Source of the DNA: Coriobacteriia bacterium
GTDB lineage: Bacteria > Actinomycetota > Coriobacteriia > Anaerosomatales > SLCP01
Reading direction: 5' to 3'
DNA: 64,000 bases
Assembly: GCA_030603745.1 (NCBI GenBank)
Contig: JAUVXE010000002.1
Coordinates: 958 to 64,957, forward strand
In this document: piece by piece, positions 17,117-25,076 of the stretch
How the letters are laid out: every line of letters begins with the position of its first letter
Numbering within the stretch: position 1 is the stretch's first letter
Notes under the pieces: generated by a model
Database searches by the model: none
Told to the model about the DNA's origin: nothing
Seen by the model: the letters and a program-made list of their open reading frames with translations, nothing else
Position numbers and translations under genes: made by a program

Positions 17117-17826
17117 TAGCCGGTCCCGTCGCCAGCGACCTCGAAGCGGTAGCCGACCCCGTGGACCGTCCAGATGAAGGTGGGGTCGCGCGGGTCGTCG
17201 TGCATCTTGGCGCGCAGGTTCTTCACGTGGGAGTCGATCGTGCGCTCATACCCCTCGAAGTCGTACCCGAGGACCTTCTCCACGAGCTCCATCCGCGTGT
17301 AGACCCGGCCCGGGTAGCGCGCGAGCGTGACGAGCAGCTTGAACTCGCTCGCCGTCAGGTCGAGCTCCTCCCCGCCGAGGAACACCTTGTGTCCCACCGT
17401 GTCGATCTCGAGCCCGCCGAAGACGAGTCGGTCACGCTGCGGCTCGGTGTCGGCGTGCGCGCGGCGGAGCAGCGCTCGCACGCGAGCGACGAGCTCCCTC
17501 GGCGAGAAGGGTTTGACGAGGTAGTCGTCGGCGCCGAGCTCCAGGCCGGCGATGCGGTCCTCGGTCTCGCCCTTAGCCGTGAGCATGATGATGGGGACGT
17601 CCGAGCCGTCCCGGATCGAGCGGCAGACCTCCTCGCCGCTGATCTTGGGCAGCATGAGGTCGAGCACCACGAGGTCGAACCGGTGCTTGTCGAACTCCTC
17701 GAGCGCCTGCTCGCCGTCGGCCGCGGGGGTCACCCAGTAGCCCTCGCGCTCAAGATACGCGCTCACGGCGTCGCGGATGGCCTTCTCGTCTTCCACCAGC
17801 AGGATCCGACGTGCTGACGTCGTCAT
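17116..17826 (-). CDS. OmpR/PhoB-family response regulator
   Basis: Receiver domain (ILLVEDE...DLVVLDLMLP...TAKG) plus a winged-helix C-terminus (VHGVGYRF). It overlaps the kinase gene by 1 nt. Confidence 0.93.
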   Translation of the reverse strand: MTTSARRILLVEDEKAIRDAVSAYLEREGYWVTPAADGEQALEEFDKHRFDLVVLDLMLPKISGEEVCRSIRDGSDVPIIMLTAKGETEDRIAGLELGADDYLVKPFSPRELVARVRALLRRAHADTEPQRDRLVFGGLEIDTVGHKVFLGGEELDLTASEFKLLVTLARYPGRVYTRMELVEKVLGYDFEGYERTIDSHVKNLRAKMHDDPRDPTFIWTVHGVGYRFEVAGDGTG

Positions 17827-17965
17827 CGACTACCTCCCGTCATGCTGCGTACGGGGCCTGGTGCAAAGTCTAGACCTCCCGTCCGCCCGTGGCGCTCCTC
17901 CACGGGAACTCCACAGGCGCGGCGGCGGAACGTTTCCTGGTCGCCGACCGGCGACCGGGGCGTCA

Positions 17966-18163
17966 TCAACCGATCGGCGTGGCACACCCGCACGACGAGC
18001 CGAGCGTGAACGTGAAACGCGCGCCGGCCGATCCGCACTGGGGACACGCGCGCTCGCGCTCCGGCTGCGCGGCCGGCTCCTCGGCCTCCACGAAGAACGA
18101 GTACCCGCACGAACCGCACTGGTAGACGAACTTGATCCCTAAGTCCCGGTCCTCGCTGCTCAC
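17966..18163 (-). CDS. small zinc-ribbon protein (FmdB/CxxC_CxxC_SSSS-like) with a Cys-rich C-terminal tail
   Basis: 65 aa: YQCGSCGYSF...ACPQCGS...GSSCGCATPIG. Its ATG overlaps the stop of the upstream ArsR-family gene (ATGA), so the two are probably co-transcribed. Confidence 0.7.
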   Translation of the reverse strand: MSSEDRDLGIKFVYQCGSCGYSFFVEAEEPAAQPERERACPQCGSAGARFTFTLGSSCGCATPIG

Positions 18164-18516
18164 CGGCGCTCCTCCTTCTGGTCATGCCCGCTCGCGGCAG
18201 GCGCACAACACGGTCCGGTGGTCGAGGACGCGCTCCCCGCAAGCGCACCGATCCCCTCGGCGAGCGCGCCGATCGCGGCCGGCTCGAGGCGGCAGTAGAG
18301 CCACTGTCCGACCCTGCGCGTGCTGACGAGGCCCGCGGCACGGAGACGCTTGAGGTGGTGCGAGACGAGCGCGTCTGACAGGTCGAGCTCGCTCGCGATC
18401 TCGCACACGCACAGCTCCCGGTCCGCGAGGAGGCGGACGAGCGCCAGCCGTCGCTCGTCGGCGAGCGTCTTGAGGGTGTCGAGCGTCACGTCCTGCCGAG
18501 GGGGGTTCGCGTCCAT
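18160..18516 (-). CDS. ArsR/SmtB-family metal(loid)-responsive transcriptional repressor
   Basis: LKTLADERRLALVRLLADRELCVCEIASELDLSDALVSHHLKRLRAAGLV is the ArsR wHTH, with the ELCVCE alpha-3 thiolate site. A vicinal Cys pair (GPCCAP) lies in the C-terminal tail. Confidence 0.9.
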   Translation of the reverse strand: MDANPPRQDVTLDTLKTLADERRLALVRLLADRELCVCEIASELDLSDALVSHHLKRLRAAGLVSTRRVGQWLYCRLEPAAIGALAEGIGALAGSASSTTGPCCAPAASGHDQKEERR

Positions 18517-18528
18517 GCGGCGATTGTA

Positions 18529-18548
18529 TCAAACGGACGTTTGAACGC
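18529..18548 (-). promoter_or_regulatory. candidate operator: dyad TCAAACG-N2-CGTTTGA within a 20-bp block identical to 27275..27294
   Basis: Read in gene orientation the sequence is GCGTTCAAACGTCCGTTTGA. It is followed directly by TACAAT (18528..18523), then 6 nt, then the ArsR-family ATG at 18516. Confidence 0.7.
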
Positions 18549-18567
18549 GACCGGGGCAGGCATCCCG

Positions 18568-19386
18568 TCAGCCGGTGCGCAGGGCCTCCGCGAGGGTCGC
18601 CGGAAGACCTGCGGCGAGCATCTCGCGCGCGACGGCATCGATGTCATAGGCGACCCGGTGGATCCGCACCCCGACCCAGGTCTCCGTGCAGCCGGCCGCC
18701 GCCGCGAACCGGTCGTCGGGCGCCGCGGCGCGGATCTCCTCGGCGGACCCGATCAGCAGCTCGACCCAGGCAGCCCGCGGGTCGCCGTCCTTGGGCTTGC
18801 CCACCGAGCCTGAGTTCACGTAGTGCACCCCGGGCGCGTCGCAGGCGCCCCCCTCGGGCGGGTCCGGATCGGGGAAGGAGCGGTGGTACGGGATGTGGAC
18901 GTGGCCGCAGCAGACCACGTGGGCGTCCGTCTCGCGCGCCAGACGGGCGAGCTGGCCCTCGCCGCGATCCGGCATCAGGTACTCGTTGATGCGGCGGGGA
19001 CTCCCATGCGTGAGCAGCACGCGCACCCCGGCCTCCTCGATCCTCACCTCGTCGAGCAGGCCGAGGAGCCATGCCGCATCGGCGTCGCCGACCGCGGCCT
19101 CGGTGAACTCGTAGCTCGCGGCCCCGTCGGACCTGGCGGCATCTGTCGCGTAGTAGCAGCCGCACGCGCCGCTTCGGTCCCCCACGCCCTGGTCGTAGTT
19201 GCCACGCACGGTGGGCACGCCGCTTGCGCGCACGCGCTCGACCACGCCCGTGGGGTCCGGGCCGTAACCCACGAGGTCGCCGAGGCAGTAGATCTCGGCG
19301 AGGCCCTTCGCATCGATGTCGGCGAGCACCGCCTCGAGGGCGGGGACGTTGCCGTGTATGTCGGAGTAGAGCGCGATCGCGCGCAT
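18568..19386 (-). CDS. metallophosphoesterase family protein (calcineurin-like, YfcE/MJ0936-type)
   Basis: MRAIALYSDIHGN...CLGDLVGYGP...GNYD...LTHGSP...CGHVH are the canonical phosphoesterase metal-binding motifs. Confidence 0.85.
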   Translation of the reverse strand: MRAIALYSDIHGNVPALEAVLADIDAKGLAEIYCLGDLVGYGPDPTGVVERVRASGVPTVRGNYDQGVGDRSGACGCYYATDAARSDGAASYEFTEAAVGDADAAWLLGLLDEVRIEEAGVRVLLTHGSPRRINEYLMPDRGEGQLARLARETDAHVVCCGHVHIPYHRSFPDPDPPEGGACDAPGVHYVNSGSVGKPKDGDPRAAWVELLIGSAEEIRAAAPDDRFAAAAGCTETWVGVRIHRVAYDIDAVAREMLAAGLPATLAEALRTG

Positions 19387-19532
19387 GGCGTCGTCCTTCC
19401 GGCTCCTGACGTCTGTCTGCGATGATGCCCTGCCCTGCGCCCCACCTCAAGACGGCGCGGTTACATCGAGGTAAAAGGGACGGCCGGCGGGGTGCTCCGC
19501 CGGCCGTCCGGTCGCATCTGGATGCCGACGTG

Positions 19533-20795
19533 CTAGTACAGGTAGCCCGCGGCCTTCAGGCGCTCCGCGATCGAGGACTCCTGCACCATCTCGGGGTCGT
19601 AGCCGATGCGCATCACCAGGGTGGTGGTGTCGAGCGCCGCATGGGCGACCCCGGGCACCTGCCTGAGCGCGTCGAACATCTTGAGCGCCTCCGTCTCCGG
19701 AGGACACGAACACTGGATCACCAGCGAGTACTCGGTCTCGTTCACCACCTGTGCGGTGCTGATGCGCTGGCTCACCAGCGTCCCCGAGGTCTCGGTGACG
19801 CCCACCTGCCCGCCGCCCGAACCGCCGCCCGCGACGTTGATCGCCAGGACGATGCCGAGGATCAGCACGGCGGCGAGGACCACGAGCACTTTGGGCGTCA
19901 GCCAGCCGGCCGCCGGTGCGGCCGGAGCGGACGCGGACTGATGCGGAGCGGCCATCGCCGGACGCGACTCCACGGGCTCGCCCGATGCAAGAGCGGCGCG
20001 GGGCCTCTCCTCGGCGGAGCCGGGATCAGTGTCGCCCGCGCCGCTCTTGCGAGCCACGAGCACGAGCAGGACAGCGCCGCCGAGCACTCCTGCGATGATC
20101 ACGATGAGGAAGAAGGGCACCTCGCCGGCGTCAGGCGTGGGCGCGGAGGGAACGGCGCCCTGGGACACCGGCGCGCCGGTGTACTCCATCGAGAAGGCGA
20201 GCGGCCCGCCCGCGGTGATCGCACCGGTCTCCGAGTAGTAGTAGACCATGCCGCCATCACCCTCGGAGGTGAGGACGCCGTCGGGCAGTGACGCGGCCTG
20301 GAAGCCGGGAGGAAGCCCCACGGCAAGCCGGGCCCGCTCCACGTCCACGGGAGAGACGAACGAGAACCCGCCGCTGAAGCGGTCGCCCTCGACGGGCGCG
20401 GTCGCGCCGGGGAAGAGTCCTTCGACCTGGCCCACCAGCGACTGCGTGAGCGTGAAGACCGCGACGGTGCCCCCGTCACGCTCTTCGATCCGGGCCTCGA
20501 CGAACGGGTCGTCCTCGACCGGTCCGCCAAAGATCTCGCCCGACCACGCCACCTCGAAGCCGGGCGGGATGGGCAGGGCGATCTCGGCAGGCAGCGTGGT
20601 GCCCTCGGGCAGCTGCCCGCTCACGAGCAGCAGCGGCTGCGTGGAGCCCTGCGCCTGGAGCAGCAGGGTGACGTCGAGATTGGCGAGCGGGCTGGCGAGC
20701 GCCGCGGCCGGAGCGGCCACGGCGAGCGCGAGCGTGAGAGCCAGCACCGCCGGCAGCACGGCGCGGGATCGGACACGGGAGACAAGGGAGCGCAT
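19533..20795 (-). CDS. membrane protein: signal peptide, extracytoplasmic domain, 2 TM, C-terminal HMA-like (ferredoxin-fold) domain with a CSCPP motif
   Basis: The C-terminus EYSLVIQCSCPPETEALKMFDALRQVPGVAHAALDTTTLVMRIGYDPEMVQESSIAERLKAAGYLY aligns with the heavy-metal-associated domain pattern, but C-S-C replaces the usual CxxC. The N-terminal domain is not recognised. Confidence 0.6.
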   Translation of the reverse strand: MRSLVSRVRSRAVLPAVLALTLALAVAAPAAALASPLANLDVTLLLQAQGSTQPLLLVSGQLPEGTTLPAEIALPIPPGFEVAWSGEIFGGPVEDDPFVEARIEERDGGTVAVFTLTQSLVGQVEGLFPGATAPVEGDRFSGGFSFVSPVDVERARLAVGLPPGFQAASLPDGVLTSEGDGGMVYYYSETGAITAGGPLAFSMEYTGAPVSQGAVPSAPTPDAGEVPFFLIVIIAGVLGGAVLLVLVARKSGAGDTDPGSAEERPRAALASGEPVESRPAMAAPHQSASAPAAPAAGWLTPKVLVVLAAVLILGIVLAINVAGGGSGGGQVGVTETSGTLVSQRISTAQVVNETEYSLVIQCSCPPETEALKMFDALRQVPGVAHAALDTTTLVMRIGYDPEMVQESSIAERLKAAGYLY

Positions 20796-20850
20796 CGGTT
20801 CACCTCCGGAACCTGGAAGACGAAGACGTGCGGTGAGCTCGTGGTGAGCC

Positions 20851-21189
20851 TCAGATCCTCAGAGGCCGCCACAGCACGAGAGGCCGGTCGGCCGCCTCGC
20901 CCGTTCGCAGGGCGGCACCCTCCTCGGAGAGCGGTGGCCGATCGGGCCGGCCGGTCCGGGGGGCGTCGGTACGAGCGCGGCCGCGCTCGGCCTCGCCCGA
21001 CTCCCGGAGATGGAGCGCGGCCCGGCCTCCGCAGGCGCCCGGCGCACGCTCGGCCGGCTCGCAGGGGGTCGGGCCAGCGCAGACCGCATGGGCCTCGGGC
21101 AGCGCGACGAAGCCTGCGGCCGCCACCACCGCGAAGGCGAGGACGACTCGCAGTCCGAGCGAGACTGTCGTGGCAAGGCAGATGCGCAC
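20851..21189 (-). CDS. hypothetical small secreted protein with three Cys near the mature N-terminus
   Basis: GTG at 21189 is preceded by AGGAGG with a 4-nt spacer. The predicted signal peptide is ...VVLAFAVVAAAGFVALPEAHA, followed by VCAGPTPCEPAERAPGACGG. GC3 is high. The gene ends 55 nt upstream of 19533..20795 on the same strand. Confidence 0.45.
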   Translation of the reverse strand: MRICLATTVSLGLRVVLAFAVVAAAGFVALPEAHAVCAGPTPCEPAERAPGACGGRAALHLRESGEAERGRARTDAPRTGRPDRPPLSEEGAALRTGEAADRPLVLWRPLRI

Positions 21190-21326
21190 CGGACCTCCTG
21201 CGTCCCCACAAGCGAGGGACGTGCCCACCCGTGCGGCCCGCACGGGGGGATATCGAAGACGCATGCAGAATACCATCCTCAAGGCCCTTCCCGCCCGAAA
21301 CGCGCGAGACGTACACAGGAGGACCC

Positions 21327-22886
21327 GTGGCCCCCCTCTACATCACCGTCTTCACCTGCGGTGCGGCGATCATGGGCCTTGAGCTCGCCGGCGCCCGGAT
21401 CCTTGCCCCGGCCATGGGAAACTCCATCTTCGTATGGGGCAGCGTGATATCGAGCTTCATGATCGCGCTCTCGCTCGGCTACTGGCTCGGCGGGTTCGTC
21501 GCCGACCGCTTCGGCACCCGCCGCACCCTCGGCATCACCATCGCCTCGGCGGGCGTGTTCACGGCGATCTCGCCCCTCCTGGCCGAGGCGGTCCTCCCGT
21601 GGGCGGCGTCCCTCGGCCCGCGCCTCGGCCCGCTCGTCGCGACCACCCTCGCCTTCTTCGCCCCGGCACTCCTGCTCGCCATGGTCTCGCCCATCGGCGT
21701 GCGCGCGGCCTCGGCGAGCGGACTCGGCCACATCGGTCGCTCCGCCGGCAGCCTCTACGCGATCTCGACCGCGGGCAGCATCGCCGGCACGCTCGCGACG
21801 TCGTTCTGGCTGATACCCGCGCTCCAGACCGGTCCGCTCATCGTGGGGATCGGGCTGGTGCTCTCGCTCGTCGCCCTCGTCACGCTCGCGGTCGACGGGG
21901 GACCCTCGCCCGCCCCGCTCGAGCTCGTGGGGTCGCGCTGGACCGCGGCGGTCGCGGGCACCGTGGTCGCCGGGCTGCTCCTCGGCGCGGGCGTCATGGC
22001 GGCGACCGCCCAGCCGGAGACGCTCGCCGACGACGGCTCGGCCGTCCTCTTCCAGCGTGACACGCAGTACCACCGGATCCTCGTCACCGAGGCCGCCGGG
22101 GAACGCGTGTTGCGTTTCGACCGGTCGCGGCAGACCGCCGTCCGCGTCGACGACCCGCTCACGAGCACCATCCGCTATCCGGACTACCTGCACCTCGCGC
22201 TCGCCGCGAACCCGGGCGCCGAACGGGTCCTGGTGCTCGGCCTCGGCGGCGGTGCGCTGCCGACCCGGATGCTCCACGACTACCCCGGCATACGGATCGA
22301 CGCGGTCGAGATCGACCCGGTCGTCGTCGACGTGGCCGAGCGCTACTTCGCGCTGCCCGCCGACCCCCGCCTCACGGTCCACGTGGAGGACGCGCGACGT
22401 TACGTGCGGCGGGCCGATGAACGCTACGACATCGTCGTGGTCGACTGCTATCACGCCGACGCGCTCCCCTTCCACCTGACGACGGCCGAGTTCTTCGGGG
22501 AGATCGACGCGCTCCTCGCGCCCGGCGGCGTGGTCGCCTACAACATCATCTCGGCGGTCGAAGGCGAGGACAGCGACCTGTTCCGCAGCATCTATCGCAC
22601 CGCCTCAGGGGTGTGGGACGGGCTGTGGGTCTTTCCCGTGGAGCGTCGGGACGGCGCCGACTCGCCCGATCTCGTGCGCAACATCGTGATGCTCGCGACC
22701 GACGCGCCGGTGAGCCGCGCGGATCTCCTCGGCAGGATAGGGTCCCGGGTAGACGGGACCGTCACCGTGGAGGGGTTCGAGCGGTTCGGCGACGACCTCT
22801 ACGACGGACTCGTCGAGGTCGCCGACGTGCCGGTGCTGACCGACGCGCACGCGCCGACCGACTCGCTCATCCGGCTCTACCGGTAG
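21327..22886 (+). CDS. fused polytopic membrane / spermidine-synthase-like (SpeE-fold methyltransferase-type) protein
   Basis: GTG at 21327 follows AGGAGG. The N-terminal part has about 7 TM segments (MGLELAGARILAPAMGNSIFVWGSVIS...). The C-terminal part has VLVLGLGGGALP...DAVEIDP...DIVVVDCY. The 162-codon upstream extension in the ORF track was rejected. Confidence 0.8.
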   Translation: MAPLYITVFTCGAAIMGLELAGARILAPAMGNSIFVWGSVISSFMIALSLGYWLGGFVADRFGTRRTLGITIASAGVFTAISPLLAEAVLPWAASLGPRLGPLVATTLAFFAPALLLAMVSPIGVRAASASGLGHIGRSAGSLYAISTAGSIAGTLATSFWLIPALQTGPLIVGIGLVLSLVALVTLAVDGGPSPAPLELVGSRWTAAVAGTVVAGLLLGAGVMAATAQPETLADDGSAVLFQRDTQYHRILVTEAAGERVLRFDRSRQTAVRVDDPLTSTIRYPDYLHLALAANPGAERVLVLGLGGGALPTRMLHDYPGIRIDAVEIDPVVVDVAERYFALPADPRLTVHVEDARRYVRRADERYDIVVVDCYHADALPFHLTTAEFFGEIDALLAPGGVVAYNIISAVEGEDSDLFRSIYRTASGVWDGLWVFPVERRDGADSPDLVRNIVMLATDAPVSRADLLGRIGSRVDGTVTVEGFERFGDDLYDGLVEVADVPVLTDAHAPTDSLIRLYR

Positions 22887-22915
22887 CGCCGGCCTCCCAT
22901 GGCGGACCCGGGCGG

Positions 22916-23923
22916 TCAGCGACCGGCGACGGACCCCCCCGCGCGAGCGCCCTCCGCCACGCCGAGGTGTTCGCGCACGCGCGTCAGGCCGCGCTCGCAC
23001 CGATTGCCCCACCCGTCGAGGAACGCCCGCTCGCGCAGGACGAGCACGACCTCGCACTCGTTGGGGCACCCGCCGCACTCCTCGCCCACCGTCTCGAACG
23101 CCACGTCACGCACGTCGAAACTGAACGGGGCTTCCTCGCCGTCGTCGCGCGCGACGATCGCAACGCCGAGGGCGCCCATCAGGTGCCCGTCGTCGTCGAC
23201 GTAGACGTCGTGTCCGGTCGCCTCCCGGAACGCCCGCACCACGCCCACGTTCTTGGAGACGCCTCCCTGGAAGACGATGGGCGCGAGGACCTCCTTGCCC
23301 TTGCCGACGTTGTTGAGGTAGTTGCCGACGATCGCGTTGCACAGCCCCGCGATGATGTCCTCGAGCGGGTGCCCGATCTGCGCCTTGTGTACGAGGTCGG
23401 ACTCGGCGAACACGGTGCACCGGCCCGCGATCTTGGTCGGCCGCTTCGAGCGCAGCGCCCGCTCGCCGAACTCCTCGACCGGCACGCCGAGGCGCCGCGC
23501 CTGGCTTGAGAGGAAGGAGCCGGTGCCGGCGGCGCACAGCGTGTTCATCGCGTAGTCGACCGGTACCCCGTCGCGAACGATGATGATCTTGGAGTCCTGC
23601 CCGCCGATCTCGAAGATCGTCTGCACGTCGGGATGGCGCGAGAGGGTGCCGACCGCGTGAGCGGTGATCTCGTTCTTGACGACCTGCGCTCCGAGCACGG
23701 CCCCGGTGAGCTCACGCGCCGAGCCGGTGGTCCCGACCGCGACGACCTCGACGTCCTCGCCGTCGAGCTGCTCCTCGAGCTCGGCGAGCACCGCCTTGAC
23801 GGCGCGCACCGGGTTGCCCTCGGTCCACAGGTACGAGCGCGCGAGCACCTCGCCCGCCGCATCGACCACGACCGCCTTCGTCGAGATGGAGCCGATGTCG
23901 ACCCCGAGATACCCCTTGCGCAC
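22916..23923 (-). CDS. BcrAD/BadFG-type ATPase: acyl-CoA dehydratase activase-like [4Fe-4S] electron-transfer ATPase
   Basis: YLGVDIGSISTKAVV is the ASKHA phosphate-1 motif. MNTLCAAGTGSFL and GRCTVFAESD are the two cluster-bridging Cys contexts of HgdC-type activators. The C-terminal extension contains CGGCPNEC. Start is a GTG with AAGGAGG upstream. Confidence 0.88.
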   Translation of the reverse strand: MRKGYLGVDIGSISTKAVVVDAAGEVLARSYLWTEGNPVRAVKAVLAELEEQLDGEDVEVVAVGTTGSARELTGAVLGAQVVKNEITAHAVGTLSRHPDVQTIFEIGGQDSKIIIVRDGVPVDYAMNTLCAAGTGSFLSSQARRLGVPVEEFGERALRSKRPTKIAGRCTVFAESDLVHKAQIGHPLEDIIAGLCNAIVGNYLNNVGKGKEVLAPIVFQGGVSKNVGVVRAFREATGHDVYVDDDGHLMGALGVAIVARDDGEEAPFSFDVRDVAFETVGEECGGCPNECEVVLVLRERAFLDGWGNRCERGLTRVREHLGVAEGARAGGSVAGR

Positions 23924-23924
23924 G

Positions 23925-25076
23925 TTACCGACCTCCTTGGGACGCGAGGGCGGCCGGAGCGTCGTCCGCGCCGGCCCCCGTGCGTCGATCCTTGCTCATC
24001 CGAAGCATGTCGCAGAACGCGTCGAGCCGGGTCCGCAGGCCCGTCTCCGAGGTCTGCGCGTCGTAGGAGATGAAGAGCACCGGGAAGGTGTGCTCGCGCG
24101 AGAGCCGCTGGAGCGCCGACATCGCGTTCACCTCGGGCATGCAGCCGAACGGCTTCAGGTGCAGCACGCCGTCGAAACCCTCGCGCATCAGCTTGTGCGT
24201 CATGGCGACGCTCTCCGTGCCGTCCGCGCCGATGTGGTAGCGCAGGTACGGGTCGGCGTGCTCGATCATCCGGTCGAGGTAGGCGTGCTTCTTGCGCCCC
24301 GCATGGTCGATCATCGCGCTCACGGTCACGAACCGGTGCACCTCGACCCCGCGCTTGGCGAGCTCGCGCTCGACGAAGTGGTTCGAGAACGGCTCCATGA
24401 GCACGTAGAGCTCGCCGACCACGCCCACGCGGAGCAGGTCGCGCGGGCGCTCGGCGGGGATCGCCGCGAGTTCGCCGAGGGTGCGCTCCTCGAGGGCCGC
24501 GATCCCCCGGAGGTCACGCGTCCCGTCGAGCTCGGCCAGGAACGCGGCGTGGACTCTGTCGTGAGCGCCCTCCTCGGCCTCGAAAGCGACGTTGCGCCGC
24601 ACGTGGTCCTCGACACGGTCGAGCGCGCGGGTCTGCCTGATCGCCACGCGATACGCCTGAAGAGCGCGCCGGACGTTCAGGCGCGGGTTGACCGCCTTGA
24701 AGTCCCGGTAGTGTTCGCGCACGCTGAACCCGCCCACGAGACGGACCATGCCGAACTCGTAGCCGAGGTCGCGCAGGATCGCCTCCTGCACCTCGCCGTA
24801 GTAGCCGAAGCGGCAGCCTCCCCCCGCCTGGATCAGCAGGTTCGCGCCCGCCTCGAGCGCCTCGATGTAGTTGCCGAGGTTGTACTTGAACGGGATGCAC
24901 ACGAACTCGGGGCTGTGGCGCGCGCCGAGCTCGAGCGTGCGACGGGTCATCCTCGGCGGTTCGACGATCTCGCAGTCGAGCTCGGCCGCGAGCGTCTTGA
25001 CCGGGATCGAGTAGTTGCCCATGTGCGGGAAGCTCACGCGCCGTGCGCCGCTCACCCGGGAGAGGTCCACGCTCAC
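23925..25076 (-). CDS. acyl-CoA dehydratase activase-related protein (HgdB/BcrC-like domain, second subunit)
   Basis: FPHMGNYSIPVKTL...SPEFVCIPFKYNLGNYIEALEAGANLLIQAGGGCRFGYYGE...LKPFGCMPE is typical of the DUF2229/activase-associated family. The GTG at 25076 overlaps the upstream stop (GTGA). The alternative start is the ATG at 25022. Confidence 0.8.
   Translation of the reverse strand: MSVDLSRVSGARRVSFPHMGNYSIPVKTLAAELDCEIVEPPRMTRRTLELGARHSPEFVCIPFKYNLGNYIEALEAGANLLIQAGGGCRFGYYGEVQEAILRDLGYEFGMVRLVGGFSVREHYRDFKAVNPRLNVRRALQAYRVAIRQTRALDRVEDHVRRNVAFEAEEGAHDRVHAAFLAELDGTRDLRGIAALEERTLGELAAIPAERPRDLLRVGVVGELYVLMEPFSNHFVERELAKRGVEVHRFVTVSAMIDHAGRKKHAYLDRMIEHADPYLRYHIGADGTESVAMTHKLMREGFDGVLHLKPFGCMPEVNAMSALQRLSREHTFPVLFISYDAQTSETGLRTRLDAFCDMLRMSKDRRTGAGADDAPAALASQGGR

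Noticed and set aside
20841-21326. 162-codon N-terminal extension of the spermidine-synthase-like ORF. Similar 5' extensions occur at purH (to 2021), purC (to 13928), GH3 (to 35049), citrate synthase (to 38958), the ABC ATPases (to 44829 and 57722) and others.
   Set aside because: The extensions are Arg/Pro/Gly-rich, lack homology to the families concerned, and precede internal starts that have good SD sequences or coupling overlaps. The shorter gene models were used.
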